Below are positions 20,014 to 30,660 of a stretch of 64,000 bases of DNA, one piece after another; position 1 is the stretch's first letter, and each line of letters begins with the position of its first letter. Source of the stretch: an uncultured delta proteobacterium (GTDB taxonomy: Bacteria > Desulfobacterota > BSN033 > UBA1163); assembly GCA_963827685.1 (NCBI GenBank), contig CAWHBU010000002.1, positions 1,024,001 through 1,088,000 on the forward strand, given 5' to 3'. Under the pieces are notes generated by a model. That model saw only the letters and a list, made by a program, of their open reading frames with translations, made no database searches and had not been told where the DNA came from. The translations under genes and the position numbers were made by a program.

Positions 20014-20828
20014 CCTAAAACCTCATTCATCGATCCAGAACGAAAACCTTGAAGATCCAATGTAATATAGCGATAACCAATCTCTCTCAAACGACTCACC
20101 ACTTTTTCTCTCAATGAACCATTCATCAAACGTGCCATTTCTTCGTTGAGGATTTCGATTCTTGCCAGGCTTCCATAATGACGCACGCGAACCTGTTTGA
20201 ATCCCAGGCCAAATAAAAAATCCTCTGCTTCGTCAACCATTCTCAACCCCTGCTCAGTAATTTCCTCTCCATAAGGAAATCGCGAGGCGAGGCAAGCGAA
20301 GGAAGGTTTATCCCAAGTGGGAAGCCCTAACTCTTTGGATAATTCCCTCACCTCTATCTTGGCAAACAATGCTTCTTTGAGCGGGCTTCTGATTCCCAAC
20401 TCCTGAATCGCCATCCTTCCGGGTCTATGGTCCTTGTCGTCGTCTAAGGTGGAACCTTCGACAATAAAAGGGATCGCTTCTTCTTTGGCTACTTCCAGTA
20501 ATTCTCTGAAGAGCTTCTCTTTACAATAGTAGCATCGGTTGGGAGGATTTTCAGAGAATCCGGGAATCTCCAACTCATTCGATTCGATCAAGCGGTGTCT
20601 GGCTCCCAAAGTCTGGATCAGTTTCTTGACTCCCGCTAATTCCCTTTCAGGATAAAGGGGAGAGAGTGCCGTGACAGCAAATACATTTTTATCCCCAAGG
20701 GTATCTTGAGCTACTTTGAGGAGGAGTGTACTATCCACCCCTCCTGAAAAGGCCACCAGAACCTTCCCCATGGATTGAAATATTTCCCTTAATCTTTGAG
20801 CCTTAGTTTTTAACTCTAAACTCATCAC
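20010..20828 (-). CDS. larE: ATP-dependent sulfur transferase LarE
   Basis: SGGVDS, RCYYCK, RPG, ACLASRFPYG, GFRSGSMN. Confidence 0.92.
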   Translation of the reverse strand: MMSLELKTKAQRLREIFQSMGKVLVAFSGGVDSTLLLKVAQDTLGDKNVFAVTALSPLYPERELAGVKKLIQTLGARHRLIESNELEIPGFSENPPNRCYYCKEKLFRELLEVAKEEAIPFIVEGSTLDDDKDHRPGRMAIQELGIRSPLKEALFAKIEVRELSKELGLPTWDKPSFACLASRFPYGEEITEQGLRMVDEAEDFLFGLGFKQVRVRHYGSLARIEILNEEMARLMNGSLREKVVSRLREIGYRYITLDLQGFRSGSMNEVLG

Positions 20829-20947
20829 TCTTTCATTCCGTGTCCCTGCCTACCGGCAGGCAGGCGTGTCGCGTGTTACGTTACCGTATTATATTTTTTC
20901 ACTTATAACTCATAACTCCTAACTCACCAGTTGCATAAAAAAAGTTC

Positions 20948-21187
20948 TAAAAGGTAGTTGGGTGTCCTGGGCCGGCAAAAAACATAATAATAACCCTACC
21001 TCTCCGGGAGGTAACCCGTCCATTGGACGGGATACCTCATAACCTTTACAGCGGAACCTTTTAAGTTTTCGCTACTTCGTTTCCAGACACACTTCAAAGG
21101 TTACCTGAGGTGACATCGCATGTTCCCCATAAAACATAGCAAAGAACCGCTTGGTAAAGGTTTGGAAACACACTCAACTACCTTTTA
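20948..21187. ncRNA. Unassigned ~240-nt structured element (ncRNA or MITE)
   Basis: 18-bp terminal inverted repeat with one mismatch enclosing several nested stems. Confidence 0.5.
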
Positions 21188-21201
21188 ATACAACAAATGG
21201 A

Positions 21202-22284
21202 TTAACTCAAAACTTCTTTGATCCATCCTCCACCGAGCACTGTTTCTCCGTCATAAAAAACAGCGGCCTGCCCAGGGGTGATGGCCTTCTGAGGGGATTC
21301 AAACTTCACTTCCAATTCACCTTCTCCTTTTGGAGAAAGGCTGGCCTCCGAACCAGGATGATTATACCTGATCTTCACCTGTGTGTGATGGGAAGGAACC
21401 ATTTTCTGTGGCATAATCCAGTTGACAGAATCAACGAGGAATGTATCACCATAGACTTCTTCTTCTCCTCCAACAACAATCACATTCTTTTCTCGATCGA
21501 TCCCAATCACATAGAGAGGCTTTCCTTTTGCCAGGCGGAGCCCCCTTCGTTGTCCAATGGTGTAGAAAGGGATTCCTTTATGTTTTCCCAAGACATTCCC
21601 CTTCCTATCCACAATGGGACCCGGTCCAAAGGACTTCTCTAACCTCTCGGATAAAAAGAAATGATAAGACGATTCCTGAATAAAACAGACCTCCTGACTT
21701 TCGGGTTTATCATGGACTCGAAGACCCCGTTGAAGCGCCTTCTTCCTCACTTCCTCTTTTCGAAGTTCCCCCAATGGAAAAAGAGTATGGCGTAATTGGT
21801 CTTGAGTTAAAGAGAAGAGGACGTAGGATTGATCTTTCTTCCGATCCACCCCTTTTTTTAAAAGATAACGCTCAATCCTTTCATCGAAATCCAATCTGGC
21901 ATAATGACCTGTGGCAATAAAATCGGCCTCCAGTTCCAACGCCTTCTCTAAAAAAGAACCAAACTTTACTTTCTCATTACAGAGGACGCAAGGATTGGGC
22001 GTTTTCCCCTTAGCGTATTCTTCACAAAAATATTGGACGACTTCTTTTTCAAACTCCTCCCTGAGCTGGAAAACATAAAAAGGAATCTCAAGTTGAAGAG
22101 CAACCCGTCTGGCATCCTCGATATCGGCGAGACCGCAACATCGGGCCGGCCCTCCTTGGGCCTTATCCGTCATTCCGATGCACATCGTTGCTCCAATGAC
22201 TTCATAACCCTCCTCCTTGAGAAGCCAGGCAGTCGTGCTCGAATCAACCCCGCCACTCATGGCAACAACTACCCTTTGACTCAT
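21202..22284 (-). CDS. mnmA: tRNA 2-thiouridylase
   Basis: SGGVDS, TPNPCVLCN, ATGHY, KDQSY, ESQEVCF, TPGQ. Confidence 0.95.
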   Translation of the reverse strand: MSQRVVVAMSGGVDSSTTAWLLKEEGYEVIGATMCIGMTDKAQGGPARCCGLADIEDARRVALQLEIPFYVFQLREEFEKEVVQYFCEEYAKGKTPNPCVLCNEKVKFGSFLEKALELEADFIATGHYARLDFDERIERYLLKKGVDRKKDQSYVLFSLTQDQLRHTLFPLGELRKEEVRKKALQRGLRVHDKPESQEVCFIQESSYHFFLSERLEKSFGPGPIVDRKGNVLGKHKGIPFYTIGQRRGLRLAKGKPLYVIGIDREKNVIVVGGEEEVYGDTFLVDSVNWIMPQKMVPSHHTQVKIRYNHPGSEASLSPKGEGELEVKFESPQKAITPGQAAVFYDGETVLGGGWIKEVLS

Positions 22285-22487
22285 CTCCGCTTCACCCTTT
22301 TAGGGTATCGTTGGCATTCCTGCCTACTGGCAGGAAGGCATTGCCGACAATATCTCAATTCGCCCCCATCAATGAGGGCGCTGCAATGTTTATCAGGTGC
22401 AAAAATAATAATGGTTTATGAATTTTATATCGGTTAACGAGAATCTCTTCGCTTGGACCCTTGAATTCTAGGCCCCTTGACCCCTTA

Positions 22488-22895
22488 TCAAAAGAGGATT
22501 TCCATAGCCTGATAAGGACAGACCGGAATGCACAGTTCGCAGGCGATGCACTTGTCCCGTTTAAAGGAGACCTCCATATTCGTCCTTTGGACATCCAGTG
22601 CCTTCGTGGGACAGACACTGATGCAGGCCGTGCAATGGGTACAACGATCCTCATGCCATTTGACATCCTGAGCCAAAGACTGGGTCTCCACACCTATCTC
22701 ACTGAGATATTTAAGCCCTGCCTCCATCCCGGCCCTCTTCCCTGTAAGCTCTAATACGAGTCTTCCCTCCTCCTTGGGGGTAATCCGGGCTCTCATAATA
22801 TTGACGATCAAATCATAATCCTTCACTAATTTAGAGATGACGGGCTGATCGACGAGATGGGAAGGATAATTGAGAACAATTCTTTTTTTCTGCAT
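22488..22895 (-). CDS. NIL domain plus 2[4Fe-4S] protein (MA1822-like)
   Basis: NIM.ARI NIL domain; two CxxCxxCxxxCP. Confidence 0.88.
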   Translation of the reverse strand: MQKKRIVLNYPSHLVDQPVISKLVKDYDLIVNIMRARITPKEEGRLVLELTGKRAGMEAGLKYLSEIGVETQSLAQDVKWHEDRCTHCTACISVCPTKALDVQRTNMEVSFKRDKCIACELCIPVCPYQAMEILF

Positions 22896-23047
22896 GGTTC
22901 ACCCCTTTTGAAATTCAAATTCCAAATTCCAATACCCAAATCCCAAATAATTTCCAATCACCCAGATTCCAAATAACCAAACCAATTATTTCGGTCATTG
23001 GAGCTTTGGTAACTATTTGATTATTGGTGCTTGGAATTTAGTGCTTC

Positions 23048-24259
23048 TCATGTTTTTTTAATAGGTCGCTCTTTTAAGGTTTTAAAAACGATCCCGGAAT
23101 CGGCAGAAGGGAGAGGTTCAACGGGTTGGGTCAAAAAGAACTTACCCGCTTCGATCCACTCCTTCAAGGTCTGAGCGACCTCTCTGGCTTTCAGATAGCT
23201 GGAAAGGCCAGCGGTGGGAATCTCTTTTCCTTGAACCGTAATTCTCCCGCTTTTCAGTTGCTTGTAATTCACCTCCCCGATGCTTCCGGGAATACATTGA
23301 GGATAGGAATCGCTATAGTCCACCACTTGAGCCACGATTTCCTCATCCCGAACAGCAGTATACCGAAGGATCTCCTCATTTAAGACGGGAATGGGAACTC
23401 CAATTCCTACGGTGAGGGTTACCCCATACCCAGTATAGGAAGTCCCTCTCAGCCACTTTGAACTCATCATCTTGAGATCACCCTTTACGGCAAGGGTTCC
23501 AGCGGTCATTTTTGGAATACCGCCCTCCGTTCGTTTCACATCGGGATTATGCTGAGTTCCATTTCCCACGACATACCCTATCCCTCCACCCAAAAAGATT
23601 CGAGTACCCATACCTATGGTTTTGTAAAAAGGATCATTCATGAGGGGACTCAGCTGTCCAGCGTTGCAGTAGTTAGCATTAGCCATCTTGGGCTGAAGAA
23701 CCCCCATATAGGTATAGATCACTCGATCTGAAAGGTTGACGGCAACATTATAGTTCTGGTAGGCATTTCTTATGTTGAAAAGAACTGCCTCGTTCATATC
23801 CTTGAGGGAGATATAAGTCTCCAAGGTTTTTCGGGGATAGCAATCCGTTCCATAAGCTGTTGCAGTGAGTCTCACATCCTTCCCCGCAACCAGTTCCTCA
23901 ATTACATAAGCTCCCCCATAAGCGAACTTTCCCGGATAGATTTTGTTTCTCGGATCATCATCTGGCATTGCAGTCGCTCCCAAGAACAAATCCACTGCTG
24001 CAAGACCTGTATAGACCGGGACATCATTGAGATAGGTCTTTCCTCCTCCCAGTTTGATCCGGGGCTTTGTGTGTCCCACATTGAAATAGGCCCCCGAAGA
24101 ACACATTGGACCAAAGGTACCTGTGGTGACGACATCCACTTCACGAGCTGCCTTTTTTATTCCCTTTCCTGCAGCATAATCGATAATCTCCTCGGCCGTT
24201 AACACAACCGCCTTCCCTTTCTTAATCTTCTCATTTATTTCCTCAATGGTTTTGGCCAT
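23048..24259 (-). CDS. L-aspartate semialdehyde sulfurtransferase (DUF39/MA1821-like)
   Basis: DVVTTGTFGPMCSSG, GTDCYP, RNAYQNY, GQLSPL.NDP. Confidence 0.9.
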   Translation of the reverse strand: MAKTIEEINEKIKKGKAVVLTAEEIIDYAAGKGIKKAAREVDVVTTGTFGPMCSSGAYFNVGHTKPRIKLGGGKTYLNDVPVYTGLAAVDLFLGATAMPDDDPRNKIYPGKFAYGGAYVIEELVAGKDVRLTATAYGTDCYPRKTLETYISLKDMNEAVLFNIRNAYQNYNVAVNLSDRVIYTYMGVLQPKMANANYCNAGQLSPLMNDPFYKTIGMGTRIFLGGGIGYVVGNGTQHNPDVKRTEGGIPKMTAGTLAVKGDLKMMSSKWLRGTSYTGYGVTLTVGIGVPIPVLNEEILRYTAVRDEEIVAQVVDYSDSYPQCIPGSIGEVNYKQLKSGRITVQGKEIPTAGLSSYLKAREVAQTLKEWIEAGKFFLTQPVEPLPSADSGIVFKTLKERPIKKT

Positions 24260-24426
24260 ATTTCCCCTCCCAGAAATCTAATAAATTAGATTTACCCCGT
24301 TAGAAATAATGCCCCGCTGGAGTTTCTAACGGGGTTTACTTTTGGACTTTGGACTTTAAACTTTGAACTTTCAATGGTTCCCCTTTTTCGGATTTCGTGC
24401 TTCCTATTTCGAATTTGAATGAACTA

Positions 24427-25359
24427 TCATTTTATTCCGTTAAAAAGCCAAGTGCTGATATATCGTTCTCCCGTATCGGGTAGGATGACGACAATCATCT
24501 TCCCTTCACTCTCCGGCCTCTTCGCTACCTCAATGGCCGCCCATGCCGCTGCACCGGAAGAGATTCCTGCCAATACTCCCTCTTCTTTGGCCAGCCTCCT
24601 TGCCAACCATCCGGCATCCTCATTCGATACTTTAATCACCTCATCGACCAAATCCATTCGAAGCACTTCTGGAACAAAGCCTGCACCGATGCCCTGTATC
24701 TTATGGGGTCCGGGTCTCCCTCCGGAAAGAACCGGAGAATCCTCTGGTTCTACGGCCATGGTTTTAAATCCTGGTTTTCTTTTCTTGATGACCTCAGAAA
24801 TTCCGCTAATCGTTCCCCCTGTTCCCACCCCCGCCACTAAAACATCAACTTGCCCATCGGTATCTTCCCAGATTTCCAAAGCAGTGGTCTTTCTGTGGAT
24901 TTCGGGATTAGCAGGATTCTTAAACTGTTGTGGAATAAAATATCGGGCATCCCTTGAGGCCATCTCCTCCGCTATCTTCACCGCGCCTGTCATCCCTTCG
25001 CTCCCAGGCGTCAGAATCACCTCTGCTCCAAACATCCTAAGAAGATGAATTCGTTCAGCAGACATGGTGTCCGGCATCGTCAGAACCAAGGGATAACCCT
25101 TTGCCGCGCAGATAAATGCCAAAGCGATCCCTGTATTTCCGCTGGTGGGTTCCAAAATAACCGTATCTTCCTTGATCAAACCTGCCTTCTCAGCCGTCTC
25201 AATCATTGAATAACCGATACGGTCTTTAACGCTCCCACAGGGATTAAAAGACTCAAGCTTCGCTATGACCTGTCCTTTACACCCCATGGTGACTCGATTC
25301 AATCTCAATAAAGGTGTATGTCCTATCAATTCAGAAATGAAGTTGGCTATTTTTGCCAT
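24427..25359 (-). CDS. cysK: Cysteine synthase A
   Basis: SVKDR, PTSGNTG, GTGGT, HKIQGIG, PDTGERY. Confidence 0.95.
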   Translation of the reverse strand: MAKIANFISELIGHTPLLRLNRVTMGCKGQVIAKLESFNPCGSVKDRIGYSMIETAEKAGLIKEDTVILEPTSGNTGIALAFICAAKGYPLVLTMPDTMSAERIHLLRMFGAEVILTPGSEGMTGAVKIAEEMASRDARYFIPQQFKNPANPEIHRKTTALEIWEDTDGQVDVLVAGVGTGGTISGISEVIKKRKPGFKTMAVEPEDSPVLSGGRPGPHKIQGIGAGFVPEVLRMDLVDEVIKVSNEDAGWLARRLAKEEGVLAGISSGAAAWAAIEVAKRPESEGKMIVVILPDTGERYISTWLFNGIK

Positions 25360-25494
25360 TTCTACTCCAAGAAATCCGAAATTCGAATTTAGACGCTTTG
25401 ATTTAGGAATTGAGGAATTTGGGAATTTAATTCCAAAATCCCTAAATTCGTAATCCCTTGATTCATTTCAATTTCGTGCTTCGTCTTTGAACTT

Positions 25495-25935
25495 TTAAAT
25501 TTGGTACGAAGAATCGCTTCTTTCTTTTTCCTTTCTTCGACTAACCATATCTTCTAAAGTAAACGAATTAAAAATTTTAGAGATGGCATCCGAGACTTCC
25601 TTCCAAATATCTCGAGTGACACACGACTGGACTCTCTGACAGGCCTTTGAATCATGCAAACATTCGATCAAATTGAGCGGACCCTCCAAAGTTTCAACCA
25701 CATCGTATAAACAGATTTCAGAAGGAGGTTTGGCTAATGAATACCCACCTTTGGACCCACGAATCGATTTCACCAAACCAGCCGCGCGAAGCGGATTGAT
25801 GACTTGTTCAAGGTATTTTAGAGAGATATCTTCTTTCTTGGCTATCTCCTTTAATTCAATAGGCCCCTCTCCGTAATGAGAGGCAAGCTCTAACATTGCC
25901 CTTGCCCCGTATCTGATTTTCGTTGATATTTTCAT
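25495..25935 (-). CDS. Rrf2 family regulator (IscR/CymR-like, three Cys)
   Basis: S.RG.KGGY.L; IECLHDSKACQRVQSC. Confidence 0.9.
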   Translation of the reverse strand: MKISTKIRYGARAMLELASHYGEGPIELKEIAKKEDISLKYLEQVINPLRAAGLVKSIRGSKGGYSLAKPPSEICLYDVVETLEGPLNLIECLHDSKACQRVQSCVTRDIWKEVSDAISKIFNSFTLEDMVSRRKEKERSDSSYQI

Positions 25936-25944
25936 GAGTTATGA

Positions 25945-26003
25945 AATCATACTTTTTCTATCGGAATTAGATTTTCTTAACCTAAGACCTAGGTGTTTGT
26001 CAA
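25945..26003 (-). promoter_or_regulatory. Candidate promoter and Rrf2 operator
   Basis: TTGACA at 26003-25998; imperfect palindrome AATTCCGATAGAAAAAGTATGATT just before the start codon. Confidence 0.45.
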
Positions 26004-26181
26004 GAAAACCTTTCACCTTATTAATTAATATCAGGAGTCCTCAGTCGTGTTTGAAGTCAAATTGTTTCTTGCTTAGAATCGAATAAATACCGGAGCAAAG
26101 ACTCTTAAAAATGCTAATTATAGTATGTAGAACTAAAATTATCATATTATTATACTGATTTGGATTTTAGATACTTTTCTT

Positions 26182-26403
26182 ATGAATTCAAAAGATCCAA
26201 TAATAATAAAGTTTGGAAAAACAGTGAGAGATGCAAGGTTAAAAAGAAACCTTTCGCAAGAAAAACTGGGCGAACTGGCAGGTCTTCATAGAACCTATAT
26301 TGGTATGGTAGAAAGAGCCGAAAAAAATATCACCCTGAAAAATATTCAAAAGATTGCTAAGGCACTTAGTTTAAGAATCAGCTCACTTTTTAAGGATTTA
26401 TAA
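26182..26403 (+). CDS. R-M controller (C) protein, XRE HTH
   Basis: SQEKL..LAGLHRTYI..VER.EKN.TL; directly upstream of the endonuclease. Confidence 0.85.
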   Translation: MNSKDPIIIKFGKTVRDARLKRNLSQEKLGELAGLHRTYIGMVERAEKNITLKNIQKIAKALSLRISSLFKDL

Positions 26404-26408
26404 TTTAC

Positions 26409-27200
26409 ATGAATATTCAACAGGTGTTAAAAAATATCAAAAATGAATTTGAAACAGCCATAAGGACATCAAGCTTTGCCGGTAATCGATACTTGAATGG
26501 CAATAAAGCAAAAGAAGCTCTTATTAGATCACAAAGGCTTATCAACTATCTTCACAACATAATTAAGAATGAATTTATGAAATGCGGAGTTAATCCTAAT
26601 AAGTTATATCCTCGGTTAAATTTAACAAAGCCTGAAATTTCAATTGAAGGTTTTTTGAAAAGGAAAAATCAAGACATATGCATTGTTCCAAATGATGGAA
26701 TAATAAAAACCCAATCTGGAATGGAAAAGGTACTCACAGTAAACGTTCGAAGCCAATTAAGTAGTTTAAAAAAGAATATTGACACACTTTATGAAAGAAC
26801 TTTTGCTGAGGCTTTAAATTTACATCTGAAATACCAGAAACAATGTTTGGGAGAAGTTTATTTGATCCCCACTCATGAGTATGATGATAAAGCAATGGTT
26901 GATAATCGTATTTTATTTAAAAATGTCTCCAATATTTCTGATTATTTGAAAATGTTTCAAGCAATCAATAACAGAATTGATTATAAAAAAGATGCGTATA
27001 AATATGAAAGAGTTTGCTTGTTAATAGTTGATTTTAGGCAGGCATCACCCATATTATACTCAAATATCAAAGACCTTATAAACGATCGGTTAGTCCCCAA
27101 AAATATTAAATTCACCTTAGATTATTTGACATTCAGTAATTTTGCAAATGATATGCTTTCTATTTATTCTAAAAGGTTTAATATCCATGATATTTATTAA
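26409..27200 (+). CDS. Putative type II restriction endonuclease
   Basis: Between C gene and convergent MTase; QD..NVRSQ variant nuclease motif; AT-rich. Confidence 0.72.
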   Translation: MNIQQVLKNIKNEFETAIRTSSFAGNRYLNGNKAKEALIRSQRLINYLHNIIKNEFMKCGVNPNKLYPRLNLTKPEISIEGFLKRKNQDICIVPNDGIIKTQSGMEKVLTVNVRSQLSSLKKNIDTLYERTFAEALNLHLKYQKQCLGEVYLIPTHEYDDKAMVDNRILFKNVSNISDYLKMFQAINNRIDYKKDAYKYERVCLLIVDFRQASPILYSNIKDLINDRLVPKNIKFTLDYLTFSNFANDMLSIYSKRFNIHDIY

Positions 27201-29047
27201 ATTCTTATTTTATATTTCTTTATGAGAAACTTATCAATCTCGCCTTTATCGTTTACTTTTTTTAAATATTCTATTTCTTCATGTGAAATATTCGGGACCC
27301 CAAAAAGTTCAATAAAATTTTTCTGATAGCACGGATACCCACCTTCAATTGAAACACTTGTCCTAGCAATGTAGTATTCCATTACTTTTGAATTTAGTAT
27401 TTTTGAAATTAAATCTAAATTTAACCACTTATTAGAAAACAAGTCTTTTTCTTCTTTCAGATAGATTGCATATCCATTACAAAAAAGTGCTTCTGGATTT
27501 TTCTCATATAAGAATCTTGGCTTTGAACTAAAAGTTGGGGTTAATAATTTTTGACCCAAGAAATTAAGCCCCTGGGTTCTTCCATAGGCATACCAGTTTG
27601 GGTTGTCAATTTTACCTTTATCTCTATTTGACAACTCTTCTTTCGCAGCCAGCAAATATTTGTAGCATTCCTGATACTTAGATTTAAGCTCTTCTTCAGA
27701 TATTATCTCAACTTTGCCATCAGTTTTCTTGTAAGGATAAATTATGCGTCTAGTATTATTACCTAAGTCTTTTTGTGTTTTAAAATCTGATATTTTTGCA
27801 ATTGGTTTAGTAACTTCCGCCTCGATCAAATATATTTTACCATTATAATATTTTTTATAATATCCATCCTCGTAAGTTGTGCCTTCTATAAAATATAAGG
27901 AATCCTTTAACGTTGCTATTCCAACCCGGATATCGAACATATTTCCAAGCTTAATGCCCGTGTTTTCAATTTTTTTAATATTTTCCTGCTCCCCTATCCT
28001 TAGAAGTCTCCATTTCTTATTATTCAAAGCTGAGAAATAAATAGTTGAATAAGTTAATTTGTTTAAATCAGCTAGCGCTTCCAAATTCTCTATTCTTTCA
28101 TACAAGAAATTGTCTTTCTTCACTTTATTTAATAAAGTAATGCAGGTATAAGTCTGCACATCAAATACCTTTAAGTAATCGAAGTCTATTATTTTGTACA
28201 AATATTTGTTTTGAGCTAAAAATTCCCTTAAATGAAAGCCAGCCAAGGAAGTAAAGTAGTTATTGGGGGTTATGTAAGCTAGATTCCCGTCACTTTTTAA
28301 AATCTTAGTGCCTAATTCGAAGAATGCAAAATAGAGGTTATAATTACCTTTTTTTAAAGTTAGCCAATTTTCATATAATTTTTTTCTTAATTTATTGGGT
28401 AAATCCTGAAACTTTACGTAAGGCGGGTTTCCAATTACGATATCAAATCCTCCTTTTGTAAATATTTCGGGAAATAATATTTTCCAGTCGGTTTCTAGAC
28501 TGTCATTTTGCTGTATATTGAAAGAAATATCTTTAACATCTTCATTCTTCTCCAAAGCTAGCAAAGTTAAGAGAACCTTAGCTCTTCGCACACTGTAATC
28601 AGCTATGTCTACCCCATATAGATTATTTTCGATTATTTTTACCATCCTTCCCCCGAAATCTGAATAGATTTTATTTGCTGCTTCAATTAGGAAGGCACCA
28701 CATCCACAACTAGGGTCACAAATATTTAAACTCTTAGATTTTACTGTTTCATTAACAATAAACCTGGTTATTGAATGCGGGGTAAAAAAAGATCCGTTAA
28801 TCTTTTTGTCTTCATCTGCAATAAGCAACTCAAAAACCTTAACTAAATCGTAAATATTAATTTTTTTAAAATAACTTGAAATAACTTTTTCAATCTCGAT
28901 AATCCTCTCATTCCGGGTTTTAATAAATGAGTTAATTAGCAGGTTATTCTCCACAACGATAGCATTTTTGGTAACATAATAAATAACAAAGGCTGTTTCG
29001 ATATCTCTTGCGATAAATTTATCTTTTAGTTCTTCTATAATTCTCAT
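27197..29047 (-). CDS. N6-adenine DNA methyltransferase (gamma class, TaqI/Eco57I-like)
   Basis: GSFFTP, DPSCGCGAFL, GNPPY, C-terminal TRD. Confidence 0.92.
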   Translation of the reverse strand: MRIIEELKDKFIARDIETAFVIYYVTKNAIVVENNLLINSFIKTRNERIIEIEKVISSYFKKINIYDLVKVFELLIADEDKKINGSFFTPHSITRFIVNETVKSKSLNICDPSCGCGAFLIEAANKIYSDFGGRMVKIIENNLYGVDIADYSVRRAKVLLTLLALEKNEDVKDISFNIQQNDSLETDWKILFPEIFTKGGFDIVIGNPPYVKFQDLPNKLRKKLYENWLTLKKGNYNLYFAFFELGTKILKSDGNLAYITPNNYFTSLAGFHLREFLAQNKYLYKIIDFDYLKVFDVQTYTCITLLNKVKKDNFLYERIENLEALADLNKLTYSTIYFSALNNKKWRLLRIGEQENIKKIENTGIKLGNMFDIRVGIATLKDSLYFIEGTTYEDGYYKKYYNGKIYLIEAEVTKPIAKISDFKTQKDLGNNTRRIIYPYKKTDGKVEIISEEELKSKYQECYKYLLAAKEELSNRDKGKIDNPNWYAYGRTQGLNFLGQKLLTPTFSSKPRFLYEKNPEALFCNGYAIYLKEEKDLFSNKWLNLDLISKILNSKVMEYYIARTSVSIEGGYPCYQKNFIELFGVPNISHEEIEYLKKVNDKGEIDKFLIKKYKIRI

Positions 29048-29260
29048 AAATTATCCTTTGCTAACTTTTGTATACATCATTTACCTAATCTTTTCAATCT
29101 TTAATTGTTGTTTAATGTAATTCGGACGTAAATTCCAAACTCCTCTGAATAATAATTTGGGTCATCAAATATACTACCTATACGGAGATTAACATTATAC
29201 TTTGCCACAATCACCAACTTATTTACATTAAGATTCACCGAAAACCCTTTGCCTTTCTTC

Positions 29261-30651
29261 TTAACGAATCTCTATTCTTAGCACCTTTTTAGTCTTTTCA
29301 GTAACCTTTACCCGTTCATCGATTCTGTATCCGACGATCCATGTAATCATCTCTCCTGAAATGAGCAGAGGGATTTTCGGTCTTTCAAACCTTGGAACCT
29401 TATGGTCGATAAAGAACTCTTTCAATTTTTGGGTTCCCTTTGCTCCCAATGGATGAAATCGATCGCCCGGTCTGAAATTCCTTATCTTCAATGGAAATTG
29501 AAGACTCCCATAATCCATAAGAGCTCTGTCGGGAGGTCCATTGTAATTTTTGAATTTATCCCGATCCGTCTCCTCAATCACCACCTCTCTTCCGATTTCT
29601 TCGATAAAGGTACGGCCTGGGGAAATGAGTTCAACCTCAAAAGGCAGAAATGGCTTTGCCTCTCCCTTCGTCAATAAAACCATATCATACCGTTTCTCAA
29701 CCCAGATCCCACGGGGGAGCTCTAAAAGGAAACTTGGAGAAGGCTGGCGCAACTGCTGATAAATTTTGTGAATATCTGACCACTCTCCTTCCTCCATGAT
29801 CCTTCCCCAGTCATAAATTCTCCCTAATAGCATCTTGAGGACTCTCCACTGAATAGCCTGAGGAAGGGATTGGTATTCCGAGAATTTGAAAGAAAGGATA
29901 TCCCCCTCCTCCTGGACGACCTTTTGATATGCCGCCCTTGCTCCCTTTTCTAAATAATCATTTTCCTCCCTGAGAATGTGAGACGTCCTCAGGAGGATCT
30001 CTTTGAAATTGGGCTGATACTCTCTCTCCATCAAGGGTATCAGAGCCAGGCGTATTCTATTCCGAAGGTAGTCATGCCTTAGATTCGATGAATCCATTAG
30101 AAAGGGAATCTTTTTTTCTATGGCGAAGGAATGGATTTCCTCTCTCCATACTTCAAGAAGAGGCCGAATCACTCTTCCTTCCCGAATTGGAAGCATTCCT
30201 TTTAACCCCTGTAACCCAGACCCCCTGATCAGTCTCAAGAGGACGGTCTCCACCTGATCATCTGCATGGTGACCGAGTACAATCTTCTGGGCATGGTGCT
30301 TTTGGAGGAGGTCATAAAAGAAATGGAAACGAATCCTTCTGGCTGCATCCTGTGGAGAGAGCCCCCCAGTTTTTGAAATTCCTTCACATTGAATTGCCCA
30401 TATTCAAAGGGTAAACCGAACCGTGCCGCCTCCTTCCGAACCAGGTCGGCTTCTTTTTCTGACTCCTCGGGTCGGAGGCCATGATTGACATGAGCGACAA
30501 TGAGAGAAAGGTCGAACGCTTCGCGGAAGGCATTTAATAAATGGAGGAGGACCATTGAATCCACCCCTGCGGAGACACCCACAATCAACCGATCGCCTCT
30601 TTCTAATAGATGGTAGCGGTCAATGGCCCTTTTGACTTGGTTGAACAACAT
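29261..30651 (-). CDS. tilS: tRNA(Ile)-lysidine synthase, split by one missing base at 30362-30367
   Basis: SAGVDS, HVNHGLR in ORF1; GHHADDQVET, RPLL, RNRIR after frame correction. Confidence 0.9.
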
Positions 30652-30660
30652 ACCCCACTC

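Noticed and set aside
26110-26165. C-box operator
   Set aside because: Only weak AT-rich palindromes; cannot be delimited reliably
30355-30370. Programmed frameshift in tilS
   Set aside because: No stimulatory structure seen; same error pattern in two other genes
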